From: an uncultured Ruficoccus sp.
GTDB taxonomy: Bacteria > Verrucomicrobiota > Verrucomicrobiia > Opitutales > Cerasicoccaceae
Reading direction: 5' to 3'
NCBI GenBank assembly: GCA_965140785.1
Contig: OZ223491.1
Coordinates: forward strand, 29,796-93,795
Length of the DNA stretch: 64,000 nt
Made by a program: the position numbers and the translations under genes. This document shows positions 45,901 to 59,844 of the stretch, one piece after another. The stretch's first letter is position 1; each line of letters begins with the position of its first letter. The notes below the pieces were generated by a model. It worked only from the letters and a program-made list of their open reading frames with translations, had not been told where the DNA came from and ran no database searches.

Positions 45901-48891
45901 ACTGAAGGAATCGTTGATTTGAATTACTCAATCATTAATTAAGCTAAGAAAAATTAGGGGTAGCCTCTTGATTAGCTGTATCCAAGAATTGAAGATAAAA
46001 CTGTTATTATTAAATAATTCTAAATTTAAATTTTTCTAGTATAAATCTGATATCCCTGGACATAAGCACACTTGCATTCGCTAAATTTAAATCACAGACC
46101 AAGATTTTTCCGAAGCTGAATGCAATAATAGCGACTGCATAATCTTAATAACTCTAAAATTGCAATCCCTGTCCTCTTAAAGTACTGAATCCTCTGGGAT
46201 TAAAACCTTCACAATTTAAGTAATAACAGGCACATAGAAAATTCATAATAATTAGCAAATCTCTGGAATAATTGAGAAAGGAGAATCTAATATTTATTAC
46301 TTTGAAAATAAGATATGTCCATCCTTATTAACAGTCACCTTAAACGTTGAATCCATCAATTCTGATGTAGATCTGTTTGTAAGGAAAGGTCTTTACAAAA
46401 AGGAAGTTGAATCAGAATAATAGAAATGAAATTCAACAAATGAAGGGCTATCTGCAGATCAGGTATCTATCAATAATAGTGATTGCGGGTACTATACAAT
46501 TGAAGTCATAGGAATAAACGAGATAGAAAATCATTATTAACTCTAAATATCTTCATATAAGAATACAAGATTATTCAAATTAGAGAATGGAAAACGAGTA
46601 TCAATTAGTTTAGAGAAAGGAGAAAATGTTAATTTTTATTATGAGAAAACTACAAAGGATATTAAATCTGTTAGCTTTAATTTTGATAAATAGTATGGTT
46701 CTGGCACATTGGAGATAATCAGAGGGGAGCTTGGAACTAAAGTAGAGGAGTCATTAAATTTTGATAAAATATGTAAGAAGAATAAATTATAATGTGTATA
46801 AATACCACTGCCATCCCGAATCCCATCCTACCACGTTGACCTATCCGAATTCCCTAACGTATGAACCCAGAACCCCTGCTTAATTCTAATCCGATACAAA
46901 CCCTCAGAACCCAGCAATATTTCCTTACAAATAATAGGAGTTCTTAACACAGGGTGGATCAAGGAAGGAGTCTCCCAATTTATCTATTTCAATGGCAAGG
47001 AACAATTATAAGAGAAGGCCTTTGAGTACAGGATTTATGACTACAGTAAGGATATTGAAGTTTAAGTGCATGTTATGAGTGGTGAGTAGTTTTTGTAGGA
47101 AATTATTGTTATGGGCGAACCTATTTTGGAGGAAGAAAATTAGGATGATTATGTTTTCTATAGTGGGAAGGTTAAGGATGGGATGGGTTTTACTATTTCT
47201 AAGGAAAAATTTGTTTAGAAACAAGCTTTGCTTTTAATAATTAGGACTAATATCAGAGATAATGATGAAAAAAAGAATATTGTTGCTAATATTATGATTA
47301 ATAAAAAGAAGGATAAAAAGGAAGCACAAAAGATAGCTTTATTTCAAGGAGCTAAAGTGAATTTAAACTTTGAAAAAACTGGTGAAATAATATAATTATT
47401 TTTTATTGATAAATATCGAGATACTCCCTAAAATTACTATTTCACAATATTAACAAAGTCCCTTCAGTTTTCTACTCTGAATGATTTTATTAAGCATGTG
47501 AGGGTCAATATAACTTGTTAGTGTGTGAAATGTGATAAACAATTAATTGATAAGGAATTTAATATAGTTTTGGATGCAAATTCTGTAAGATATCAAAATG
47601 CTGATATTCATGGAAGTGAAAATATGTTTTATCTTTGGTTTTAAAGCGACATGAAAGGAATTTTCTAATATTCAATTTAGATTACTTATTTGAAATCAAT
47701 ATAAACTTCTAAGGCTTTTGCTTTGTAAATTATTTATAATTTTGAAAGAATTATGGTATTACCTTAAAATTATCTTTATACAGGAGAATTGTTTGTTACT
47801 ACAGAAGACGTGAAATAAATATTTATGATCTACATAGAACAAAAAGGAACCCTTGTAATACAATTTGATAAATGTTATGGTCTATACGAAATCAAAGGAT
47901 CAACATCCCTTGATAATTTTGAATAAAAGTTTAATGTTAATAAACTTGAAAGCCATCATTATAGTTCTAATAACGGAAAATAAATGATAAAAACAAATGT
48001 CAACCCTGGAATTTACTACATTGAAGTTACCGCTTTAGCTGGCCCAGGGAAATACGATCCAGCTTATCTAAAAGTTATAGGAAGATATTTTATCTATAGG
48101 ATTTAAGCTTAAGTCATGAGCTCGGATGTAATTCCGTAGTTTGTGGTAATGGCAGGAAATGAAGGGAATTTAGCCCATAAATTAATTCATAGTGGGAAAA
48201 CTTTGTAAGTTGATGTAGACAAATTAGAAATTAAGGATTTAGATTAGTATAAAAATGCTAAAAATTTATTTTCTAATTATTAATTTGTGTCATTTTTGTA
48301 CGTAACTTTAACAAGAAATGAAAACCAACTTTTGCAAACGTTATAATTTTTTTAATTTTTTTAAAAAGTTTTAAAAAAAATAGCTGCAAATTTACAACTA
48401 AGTCATTTCTATAGTATTAATGGTTTAATCATGCAATCTATACTAGTATAATAAATAAAGTCGACAATAATAAAAATATTGACAATATTGAGAAAGTTAC
48501 TTTTGAAATCCCACTTTAGAGATTAGCTTCTGACCTATATATTGAAGAAAATGAATTAAATTAAATTTTTATCTCAGCAACAATACTTGCCGTATTTAAA
48601 GAAGCAGATATTGATGATGTAATTAAAAATATTTGGAATTTAGAACTTAATGGCAATGCAATAGAAATCGATTATAATTAGAAATTAATAAATCTCAATC
48701 AATAAAAAAGTGTTATTTGGAAATATTTGAGTTTTTTGTTTTTTATTTATTTATGGTCAATAGAATACTTTTTTTTTATTGGAGTCATTGGCCTTGTTAT
48801 CTTTGGATTAATTCTTTTTAGAAGATATAAAATTATTAAATCTTAAGTAAGATTTCAAATGAATGAAGAAATTGAAAAAGCGACATTATGA
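42974..48891 (+). CDS. Very large type-I membrane protein with repeated PPC-like beta domains (many introns)
   Basis: Signal peptide; repeated SDPDIYIS / GNPNLYI / GNPDLYIK / SDVDLFV motifs; C-terminal TM, RRYK tail, ...EKATL-TGA. Confidence 0.75.
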
Positions 48892-48950
48892 GAATTTTTA
48901 AATTAATTTGAAAAAATTGATTTTATTTCAAATTAATAAGTTTTAGTGAA

Positions 48951-49809
48951 TCAAATTTTTTCAGTATTAGTATACTTTTTATATTTTAGTTAAAGTCATA
49001 GGAGCTTTTTCATATTTGTTTGTTTTATTTTTATTTTCACTAAGGCTTCTATCCTCTTCTTACAAGTATTTTAGTTTTACTGAATTTTATTCGATTTTAC
49101 TAAGTAATATTTAAAAAGGAGTGTTAATTTAATGTTTGATTTTGAAAGGGGAAGATTTCTTTTAAATTAAAATAAGGTTAAAAAAAATTTTACATAATTT
49201 GTAGAATGATTTTAATCTAATTAATCAAGTGAATGTACTTTTTTTATTTCTTATTGTTTTAATACAATAAATTTTGAGAAGCTCTCCTATTGTTTTTCAG
49301 ATTTTTATTCATTTAATCCTTTATCATATGATGGAGATTTTTAAATCTTCAAAAATTATTAAAATATATTTTTTTGAATAAACCATCTTATTGCTATCAG
49401 CTAATATTTCAACTACATCATTACTTAACTAAGAAGAATAATGGCGCTAAGATAGTTTAGCATAATGCAAAGAAAGTCTTCTTGGTTCTACAAACCGATT
49501 TTTAATATGGAAATTGTTTTCAGCAAAACTATTTTAAGTAATTTCTTATCCTAATTATTTATATAGAGAATTGCTTTAATTTTTTTATTATTCATTAATA
49601 CTTTTTAATGAACTTTACTTCATTTCATTCACAGTAAAATATTAAGCAATTTTTTCATCATTTGTTGGAGACTAATCAAGAATAGCTTTTAAAAACTCTC
49701 ATTCTATTTGGATTTTATTTTTAATAATAGTATCAAAAGACATCTTTAATATGACTTAGTTAATGAATTTATCGCAAGCGGATAGTATTTTTGTATTAAA
49801 TTGGGACAT
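48951..49809 (-). CDS. Hypothetical protein (intron-containing)
   Basis: ATG at 49809; coding-like frame with TAR=Q and TGA=W; no recognisable domain; 3' frame is a best guess. Confidence 0.4.
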
Positions 49810-49898
49810 TATTATTTAAAGAAAACTGAAATATATATTAATTATTTTATAATATTGTTTTAATAACGTTATTTAAATTTTATATATTACGAAAAGTC

Positions 49899-52800
49899 TC
49901 AATTCTTGGATTCATTAAAATTAATTGAACCATAATGTTCTTTTAAGTCAAATAAAATAAAAATATATTATAACTTAATTATTCCGTCATTTTTTTTTCA
50001 ATCACACGTTCTTATAATAAAATCAAATAATTATATAATTACCTAATTTTTTAGCAATTTCTGTTTCCATGGATGCCCCAATCTTTTATGAATCACCATA
50101 TAAGCCAGTTTAGCCTAATTCATTTTTTGATAACAATTATTTTAATCTAAAAATTTAATAAATTACAATTTTATTTACGATTCTTTGATGATGAATATAT
50201 CTTGATCTAATAATAATAATAATATAATATACAATATACTCTAAATTTTAAGTTTTTTATTTAATGAATCCAACTTTCCTTTTAATAATTCTCCTTCTGG
50301 ACTAAGTTCAGTTAATTAATTTTACAAGATTCTGAAGATAAAAAGATATTTATTTCCATATTTCTTTTCAAATTAGTTAAAAACTTTTGAAGGCAAATCT
50401 GAATCAATAGATGCTATAAGTCTAATTCTTTCATATAGAAATGCTATATCTTTTTTCTAAGTCTATTGCACATACGAGTCATTCACAAAAGCAATTAATA
50501 AATTTAACATAATTATCATAAGCAACAAAGTACAAATAAAGAAAATTAGCCAAATAAAAAAATTGGAATCAGTAATTTCTTCATTTGTAGCTTCTTCAAA
50601 TTAATCAAAATCTCCTAGTAAAACTTTGTAAAGTATTTTCGTCATTGTAAATAAAGAAGTAGTTTCAATTTCAGGCTTCCATCGATTTTACATTTAATTA
50701 ACTAAAAAAAGAGTTAAATGAAATTAAAAAAAAATTAACAAGTCAAAGTAAAAGCAAATACCATCCATAATAAAGTGATAAAAAAGTATTTCATATCATC
50801 AAAAACAAATATTAGCATCCTTGTAATGAATGACATCTGCTAAATTGCTCTAAAATAAGTAAGAATTTTGACAGAGCAAAGTAAAACTGATAATGAAGAA
50901 AACAATCTTAAAGTAAAACTATTTTCTGCTTATTAAACGAGATCATAAATTAAATAAACAACTGTAATTAGAATAAATGCACAATCAAACCAATTCCATC
51001 TTTCTCTTAAATAATATCTGATTTAACCTTTCATTTATCCAAGTTCTTTCCAAAGAAAATTAATTAAAAAAATCAGTAAAATGCTATCAAGTATGTTAAG
51101 TAAAACTAATTTCGTCCCCTCAATTTTATCTCCGTAATGAAAAACAAAAATTTAAACCATCAGTCCTGCAATAAAAAGTCCAAGCCTAATAAATTCTGAC
51201 CAATACTGTGAGCTTGCATAATTATCCCATTTTAATTTAGCAACTTCCCAAACAACTTTACTCTCAAAAATCTTATTATTAACATCTAAATTTGCCAATT
51301 GCCTGAAAAAATTGCCTTATGGCCCTATCAGCCCTGGTATAGTTACAACATTCCATTAACCTATTTATTTATCCCCTTCAATATACTGAAATGACTATTC
51401 TTTAAAATCTTCATAGAGAGAATCTGAAAGCTTGGACATTGGTATTCCTGATGTTTCAGTTATTAGCATTGGAGCTCTTACTTCTAAAGTTTCAAAGAAT
51501 TGTATTGCATTTGCTGAGAGGTTATTTCCTGATAAAGTAAAAAAATTCTGTAATTATGTAGTTGAATTTATTCCAGTAAACGGTTAAGAAAGATTTTTTT
51601 GGTTTGCCATGCAAAATTTAAATAGCTATTCTTTACAAGAGCTAAATTTACCGTAATGAGAAATATCAAAAATTGAAAATCCAAATTAATCAACTTCAAA
51701 GGATAGCTTTATTGGTGGATTAATAACTTAAATTAAATGTAAATAGGCTATAAGCAATTGTTCATCATCTAAATATAACAGAAAATGCAATATTGGGACT
51801 TTTTTATTATATCCAATATAATATTAATAAAATCCAGTCGCAATTTTTTTAATTCATTAATAAAATTATTATTTGTTTGGATCATTTCTTAATTTTTCAA
51901 AAAAACTTTATTTTTTTGTTTTTAATTTTTCTTATTCTTAATTATCAATTTATTTTGATTGTTTCTATTTTTATTCCCAAGCCATAGATCTTTAAAGTTC
52001 TTTTAAAATTTCGATAAATTATGATCCATATTTTGGAAGTGCATTAATATTTGGTATATTAAATAATTCATTGAATCTATTTAAAATTATAAATACAAAA
52101 ATAAAATAACAATTTTAAATTTTTCTTTTTTTATTCATTAGCGAGTAATTTTCATTTAAATTCAATTAAACTATTTGCAGTCACTGTTTGAAATTAATCC
52201 TCTTCATATTTTTATGATTTATAAAAACTATTTTCCTATACAAATTCCCAAATTTTATCCATTTTCCTAATTTCAATAATAATTTTAAAATTTACCTGTT
52301 TCCAGTATTTTTGACCCCATAAATAATATCCTTATTAGCAAATCCAATTTTCATTGAGCCATAATCTAATGGTTCATTTATTATAGGTAATAAAGTATAT
52401 TTTGGCTTATTTCATTACTCCTTGCCAGTACGAAAGATTTATTGCCTAAAAATAGGATAAAATAAAATTAGTGAAAACTTATCAAGAAAAATAGCTACAA
52501 GAAATTCAGCAGTTTAAGATAAGTAAATTTCTTTAATTTTCAGAGAGGATTAGTCAATTTGCAATAATTATTAATGATTTTCTACTCTCCACAACTTAAT
52601 AATTTATGAAGTTTGAGTATTAGCTAAACTACCAAGAAAATTGTCGTCTATAGAAAAGACTAAGAATTAAATGAAATGTTAATAATCAGCAAATAGCTTA
52701 AAATCTTAATTTTTAAAATTATAAATTCTTATTTATTAATCTTATCCTCCACTGGCTAGTAATTAATTATTATTTGAAAAGCATAAAGCATCAATTCGAT

Positions 52801-54899
52801 TTATATGTTATTAAAGAGTTTCTTTCATTGCTTTTTCTTAAACATTTCAAATTTAAATAGTATTCCAAACTGTGAGAGCAAGTAGATTTTTATTAGGAGA
52901 AACAGCAATTTAATTAATAAGATTGGTATTCCCTTTAAAAATTGATTTTTCTATCACAGTTTCTAAATGCCAATCATAAATAGAACTAGAAAATCCTATT
53001 GCAAGTATATCTCCACTATTAGGCTAAAATTAAATTTATCTAGGGTAATCATTTTCCACAGTGCTTTCATAGATTGCTATTTATTATTTTGTTTCTAAGC
53101 TCCAGAGCAATATGGTTCCTTAAGAAAGTAAGCATGCTAAGAGTTTATCATCATTAGAAACACAAATTTAAATGGAAATTTCATTAATTGAAAAATTTTA
53201 TATTAGAACTTTTTTTGTTAGATCCCAAATTTTTAGTGTCTAGTCTTGAGAAGTGCTGCAAAGAGTTTTGCAGTTTTTACAAAAAGTAATAGACATAATT
53301 TTCTATGAATTGACATGTCCATATAAAACACAAAATTATGAATAAGTTTCTAAATTTCAGATTATTATAGAGCCGTCATTTAAACCCGCTGCTATAAATT
53401 TATTATCAATTGAAATATCAAGACACTTTGCCGAGTCCTTAAGATCTTCTAATACAAATTAATCTGATTTTATGTCATTTGCTCGCCAAAGAAGAATTTT
53501 CTAGTCCTCTGCCGAACTGGCCATAATATTTCCATTAGTTGAAAAAACAATAGCATTAATATCATCTTCTAAATGATGGTCTAGCGTTTTAACTTTATCT
53601 CCTTACTCTGACCATACTTCTATAAGTCGGCTTTACTATGACCAAGCAATTAACCCTAATGCTTCATTATAAGCTAAAACATTTATAAAATAAGGTTCTT
53701 CATCTTCACTCACTTCTTGCCAACCAATTTTTTTTACACTTTTTGTTGAGTTATTTTCATAAGTTGTTCCATAATTTTAAGCTTCAATGAATCCTTAATT
53801 TGTTTCAAGCCACATTCCATTAAAAGGCCGTTTATATTGGACTTCATCGTCTAGATCAAATTTTCAGATTTTTAATTAAATATCCGGATCTTCACTTAGA
53901 ACTATTGCATGCTTTTTAGTCATGGCCACTCCTCTGATTTAGAACCCATCTTTTGGACCAAGTATGGCCAGTTCAATTTTAGTTTCTGCTTAATATACTC
54001 TTACAACCTTTTCAGAGCCTACAATTATATTTTTCATGTCTGTTGAAAAGCCAAGTGTGTTAATTGGGTTCTAGATTTTGAATTAAAAATATTCTGATTT
54101 GGTTTCAAGATTCCAAAACCTAATTGTTTAATCTTCAGATCCTGAAATTAGAAACTTTGCATTTTACTCTTCATTGCAGAAATCTAGTGCGCTGATTCTT
54201 TCTTCATGGCCTAACAATTAGTGCCATTCCCGTTTAGGCCAAAAGCACAACCTCAGAATATTTTCTTCTGATATACAGAGCCAATTACTTTCTCCAACTT
54301 TTTCATGCGAAAATGCTACTTATTAATCTAATTTTAATTCATCATCCTCGTTTTTAAATTCTTCAAGAGTTGTCTTTGTTGAAATATCCCAGATTTTTGT
54401 TGTTAAATCATCAGATCTTGAGGCAAGAAGTGAAGATGTTGAATTGAAGCTGAGACTAGTTACGTAATTGTCATGCCCAGTTAATTTTTACACGAATCCA
54501 AATCGGCCTTCTGTTTTTTAATATAAACTTATAGTAAAATCCTAAGAGCCACAAGCTAAATATTACCCATTTTCAGAAAATTTTATACAAGTAATTCATT
54601 CTTCATGATGGGTTTCAGTTTGCAGTTCAATAATATCTTTTTGACTTAGCCAATCATAAATAATTATGGATCTAAAAATATTGTTATCATTAAATAAAAT
54701 ATTACCCAGATTCGTAGCCAACAGCTAAATAGTTTTCATAAACTGTTAAACAAAGTGGATTTACATTTTCAATTGCCTTCAATCTTGTCATTTATTTTTT
54801 TTTCTCTGTATGAAAGCTTATTGAGTTATCATAGTTGTGATCAAATTCAAACTAAACAGAATTCTTGATGTTTTCGATAATCTTTTAATTTTAAAACAT
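49899..54899 (-). CDS. Multi-WD40-repeat protein fused to a TRP-like 6-TM cation channel domain
   Basis: Many GH...WD repeats (e.g. LCSTSQDQTLKIWD), then KLKWDNY, WNWFD, pore LLGDF and S6 IIMLNLLIAFVNDSY. Confidence 0.82.
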
Positions 54900-55053
54900 T
54901 TTTATTTTTAGTTTAAAATTATTAATTTCAAGTAAGTTCTGGTATTTATTTAAATCTTATTATATATAAAATTATTATTGTTAATTTGAAAAAAAAAACC
55001 AATATTTATAATAATTTAAGTTATATAAATATTTAAGTTTTATATTTTGAAAA

Positions 55054-55282
55054 AAATTGTCTTCAAATTGTCTTCAAATTGTCTTCAAATTGTCTTCAAA
55101 TTGTCTTCAAATTGTCTTCAAATTGTCTTCAAATTGTCTTTAAATTGTCTTCAAATTGTCTTCAAATTGTCTTCAAATTGTCTTCAAATTGTCTTCAAAT
55201 TGTCTTCAAATTGTATTCAAATTGTATTCAAATAATATTCAAATTGTATTAAATTGTATTCAAATTGCATTCAAATTGTATT
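55054..55282 (+). repeat. 11-bp tandem minisatellite (AAATTGTCTTC)n
   Basis: 14 near-perfect units to ~55207, then ~6-7 AAATTGTATTC-type decayed units. Confidence 0.95.
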
Positions 55283-55396
55283 TTTCTAAATTGAAATTGA
55301 TCATTATATTTAGAACAATCAATTATTAAGAAAAATTTCATAAAATTAATTTATATAATTAAATTAATTTGTTAATTACTCGTAAATTTTTTAAAA

Positions 55397-57353
55397 ATGC
55401 TCTTTTATACAAACTAAAAAAAGCCTAATTAATTAAACAGAAGTGATTAAAGCTATAATAGACATTATTAACAAGATGAAATCGATTTAGAATTTCATTA
55501 AAAAACAAAATATGAAAAAAATTAAGTTTACAAAAATATAATATTATTTTTTAAATTTTTAACTGATTAGTGGTCAGCACGATATGAGTCTTCTTTACGT
55601 ATAAAAATTGAATCATTACTTAAATCAAAAAATGATTTAGAAATAGAAATTAGCAATTTACAAACAATTATTAAAGAGGCAATTTTATTTATTGAGTTGT
55701 AATTTATTGTTTTAGCAAAAAAGTAAAATTCTTCGATTAGCAAATAGTCTTAAAAAATAAACATTTGAAGTTGAAAATAAAGATAAAGATATTAAATCTC
55801 TCACTTTCAAATTGTACAAGTAATTTATTTTAACAAATTAGATAAATTTAAATATTTCTAGTTTAAAATAAAATAAAAATACAAAAGAATTTTTAGAATA
55901 AGATACGTAAGAAGTTCAGCAGGATGGTGATAAAGTATTACAATAATAATAATAAATTGCAATGCTTTAAGAATAATTAATTATCTTAGAAAAAACTATT
56001 TATTCATTACAAAATTAAAGAGTAATTAAAAATATTTGTAATTTATTCTCTAAAAGGATAGTTAAGCAAACTTTGAAATTCCGAATTAATTTTATGCTTA
56101 AACATTGTAAAATTATGATTAAGAAATTAATGAGCTGAAAGAAAATAAATTTGAATCTGATTAACTGATAACAAAATTAAAATTAGAAGTAATATCATAT
56201 AATTCTGTTAATATTTAAATAGTTGCAAAACTCATAATTTGTAAATAATTAATAAAACAAAGTGAAAAATTCATTATAAGAGTAATTGCAGTAAAATTAT
56301 GAAATTATTGAGAATATGATTAGTTAGAATTTGCATCTTCAAAATGTTAAATTATTAAATAATATAATTTTCTTAAGGTTTTTAATCAATTGAATTTAGA
56401 AAAATAAGAATTTTCAGAAATTATAGAAGTATAAAATAATTTTATTGATAATTTAGTAAAAATGTTATTTAATTTATTTTTTTTAAGACTCAATTAAAAT
56501 AATAAAATCAATAATTTTAAGAATAATTTTGATCAAATAAAAAAGTTTTAAAATTAATTAATTATTATTTTTAAAAAAGAAATTAGAAATAATTGAATAA
56601 AGAACACTTAGTCCTATACATAATTATTAAATTTATTAGAAGGATTCTTTTCCTGAAGTATAAAAATAGCTTTCTTTTTAGTTTTATTTTTCTTAAAAAA
56701 ATTATTATTAAAAAAGAAATAATTAATAATGTTTGCAAAATAAATTTTGTATGATGTGTAATCAATATAAATCTGATTATTTTAAAGCTTTATAAGAGAA
56801 AGATAATTTTAAACGAATGTATGAATAACTAAAAAAAAGTTAAATTATATCAACAAAATAAATAACAGAAAAGTCTCCTAAAAACAGTTATGAAAATTAA
56901 GAACTAATTTTGGAAAAATAATAATTAAAAGTTATATTTTATACTGTGAAATAGTTAATAAACTTAGAAAACAATTAAATAGTTATTAAAGAAAAATGAG
57001 TTAGCGGAATATGAAAAATAATAAATTTAATTATAAATATCAAAAAAATAAGAATAAATTGAAAAATTAATAGAATAGAAAAGATTACTAGAAGCAACAT
57101 TAGGAAATCAAATTATTACACTTCAGTTTAAATATTTTTTCTTAACTGAAATATATTTATCTATAGATCAGCAAATAATTGTTACAAAGGAGAAGCAAAA
57201 GAGCTAATATAGAAAACAGAGTTAATCTAAGAGGAAAATGAAAGCTTAAAAAATATAATTAAAAGACTTGAATTTAAAATTGATAAATTTGAATAATTTT
57301 CACCAAGAATTTCAGAAATATAATCAAAAAAAACAATGCATATTAAAAAATGA
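55397..57353 (+). CDS. Coiled-coil protein (many introns)
   Basis: Q/E/K/L-rich heptad-like exons; ends ...HIKK-TGA-TGA. Confidence 0.6.
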
Positions 57354-57391
57354 TGATTAGATTATATATTTTAAATTAAAATTTGAATTTT

Positions 57392-59680
57392 TCAAACAAA
57401 TTTTAGCATACTTTCTAAAAATTATTTCAATTTTAATTTAATTAAAGTTATTATTCCCATTATAAGTGCATCTAAATTCATTAATTAATGATAATGAAGA
57501 ATAGTTTTGCATTTTTCTATGGCTTTTGTTAAATTTTATTCAGTTCCAAGACCATATTCATGCATATAACTTTCTGCTAGAAGTTATTCTGGGATAATAT
57601 ATTCTACTATCATTCCTTTCTTATAAAAGCTTGTTAACTGATAAAACATATAGGCTTATGTATAATTTGAAGGTAACTATTTACTCCCATAAAAAAGTAA
57701 ATTTCCAAGTTAATAACCCCCTATTTAATTATTGTGAAGTAATTCTTTATATGAGTATAATATCTATAATATTAATAGTAAAAATTTTTAAAATAACTTC
57801 ACAAATTTTTGTATCATTATTAAAACATGATTAATTTAATTCTAATTTGGTTTGTATTAAAAATTAAATATTTTCATAGCCTTAGCTTAGTCCAATAAAT
57901 GCTGCCATTTAATTATATAGATAGCTTCCGAAGAAATCCTCGTTTTAATAAGCTTTGAGTCCTTTTTCTAAAAAACCAAAAGAATTTGCTTTTTCCATTA
58001 TTAATTTTCAATAATTTTCTGCCTAGTATTCTAAAGCAATAAATTAAAAGTAATTAAGATTTACAATCAATCAATTCTTCAGAATCTTCGCTGTTCACAG
58101 TAAATTACATAAGGTTATACATTGAGGATAATTCGTTTTTATTAGCAGCTAATTTCATATAATATATTCCTAAATCTTGGGATTAAGGAATAATATCTTT
58201 ATAGCCATCATAATATAATGCTCCAAGATTAGCCATTGCCTCAACATTTCCAAATTTTACAGATTATTAAAAATAATAAAGAACTTTACTAGGATCTTCT
58301 TTTTAAAGTTCTAAATTATATAAATATAAATAAGCTAATGCATTATATCCAGCAGCTGCAAAAGATGAATTAGAATTAATTGTTTTATTAAGAAGATCAA
58401 TTGCTTTAGTATAATTTTTTTTCATTCCTATTCCTTATAAATTCATAATGCCTAAAGCATGCTAAGCATATGGCTCATTTTATTAAGCTGCCTAATTAAA
58501 ATAATTTATTGCTTCGTTATAATTTTATTCAATGCCTTATGCAGGATCTCTATTAGAAAAAACGATTAAATTAAATTCATAAAAAATTATAATAATATTT
58601 ACCCTTTGAAATACAGTTCCCCTAAGTCTAGTTAAGATTAGGCATTACCATTTTCAGCACTGTGCTTTAATATTTAAACAGAATCTTTATCGATTTTTTT
58701 TTCCTTTTATTAAATTGGATTCTTATCATACTTTTTAAGAGGAGGTAAAGGGGTATTTTAAATTCCTTAACTTTCCAAATTATTAATTGAATTTCTAGCT
58801 GCAACTTAAAATTTCAATGAAAAAAACAAAAATTACTTAAGCCAATTTGAAGTGCTTGTTTTCATTCATGGCAATCTTTATAAAAAAATGGAGTTTGCAA
58901 AAAATTTTCAATTTATAATTAATTCATAGAAATATTATTAAAATCATTAAGAAATAAAGACATTCATTAGTGCAATTCTAATAACTAACTTTCTGAATTG
59001 CATAAAATATTTGAAGCAAAATAAATAGCAGATGCTAAAGCACTCTCTCTATTAAGACCAACACTTAAAATATTGAACCAAATGTCTTATGGAACATTAA
59101 AGATTATTTAATCTTAGATTTTTTAAATTAGCAAGGACTAATAATAAAAAAAGAATAAATAGGCAGGTGCATCTTTATGACCTAATTTATGGGCTTCTAT
59201 TAAATAATAATAAGCTTTAACAAAATTTCTTCCATTTTAATCAATTTTGTAGGTTTCATCAAGAGTTTAGAGTTTTTCCCACTTTTTTAATTATTTCTCA
59301 TTCATTTCAAATTCTAAATCATCACAATTACTTATTATTTAATTTGTGTATTCCTAATAATTTAATTCAGCAGTCGAAACGCTTGGATTTGGCATTTCTT
59401 TATCAATATAAGTTAAAGTTCCAAATAAATAATGATTTGCTAATTTCATTGCCGCATGAGAGTTTTACTCTAGTACATAAGATCTTTATAAACAATACTA
59501 AAAATCGGTAAAATTTCTTATTTCTGAATGTTCTAGAAATTTAATATAATTTCATAACATGCTTCTTGGCTCAAATTAATGTATTTAGTTTTCATATAAT
59601 AGTAGCTAAGGAATTTTGAATGAATAAGATGCTTTTATAAAAAGAAGCAATGAAATCATAAAGTGATATTAAATTGGCAT
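57392..59680 (-). CDS. SEL1-repeat protein, SEL1L/Hrd3-like
   Basis: Signal peptide; AQHALGIMNLQGIGMKKNYTKA, AMANLGALYYDG and YMHEYGLGTEQNLTKA; ends ...LKFV-TGA. Confidence 0.8.
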
Positions 59681-59844
59681 TTGACGTGTAAATTTTTTAA
59701 ATAATTTGAACTTAAAAAATATAAAAATCTTATTATATCACAACAAGTTGAACTTTTTTTTTTAATAAACAATAAATAAAAGAATTTTCACTTATTAAGC
59801 AAATTATATAATGAACAATTAGACTGGAAAAGTCATCTAAATTT

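Noticed and set aside
55047..55282. CRISPR array, telomere, or the 62-aa ORF in the ORF track
   Set aside because: Contiguous 11-bp units with no spacers; not a C4A2/C4A4-type telomeric repeat; the ORF is just the repeat translated.
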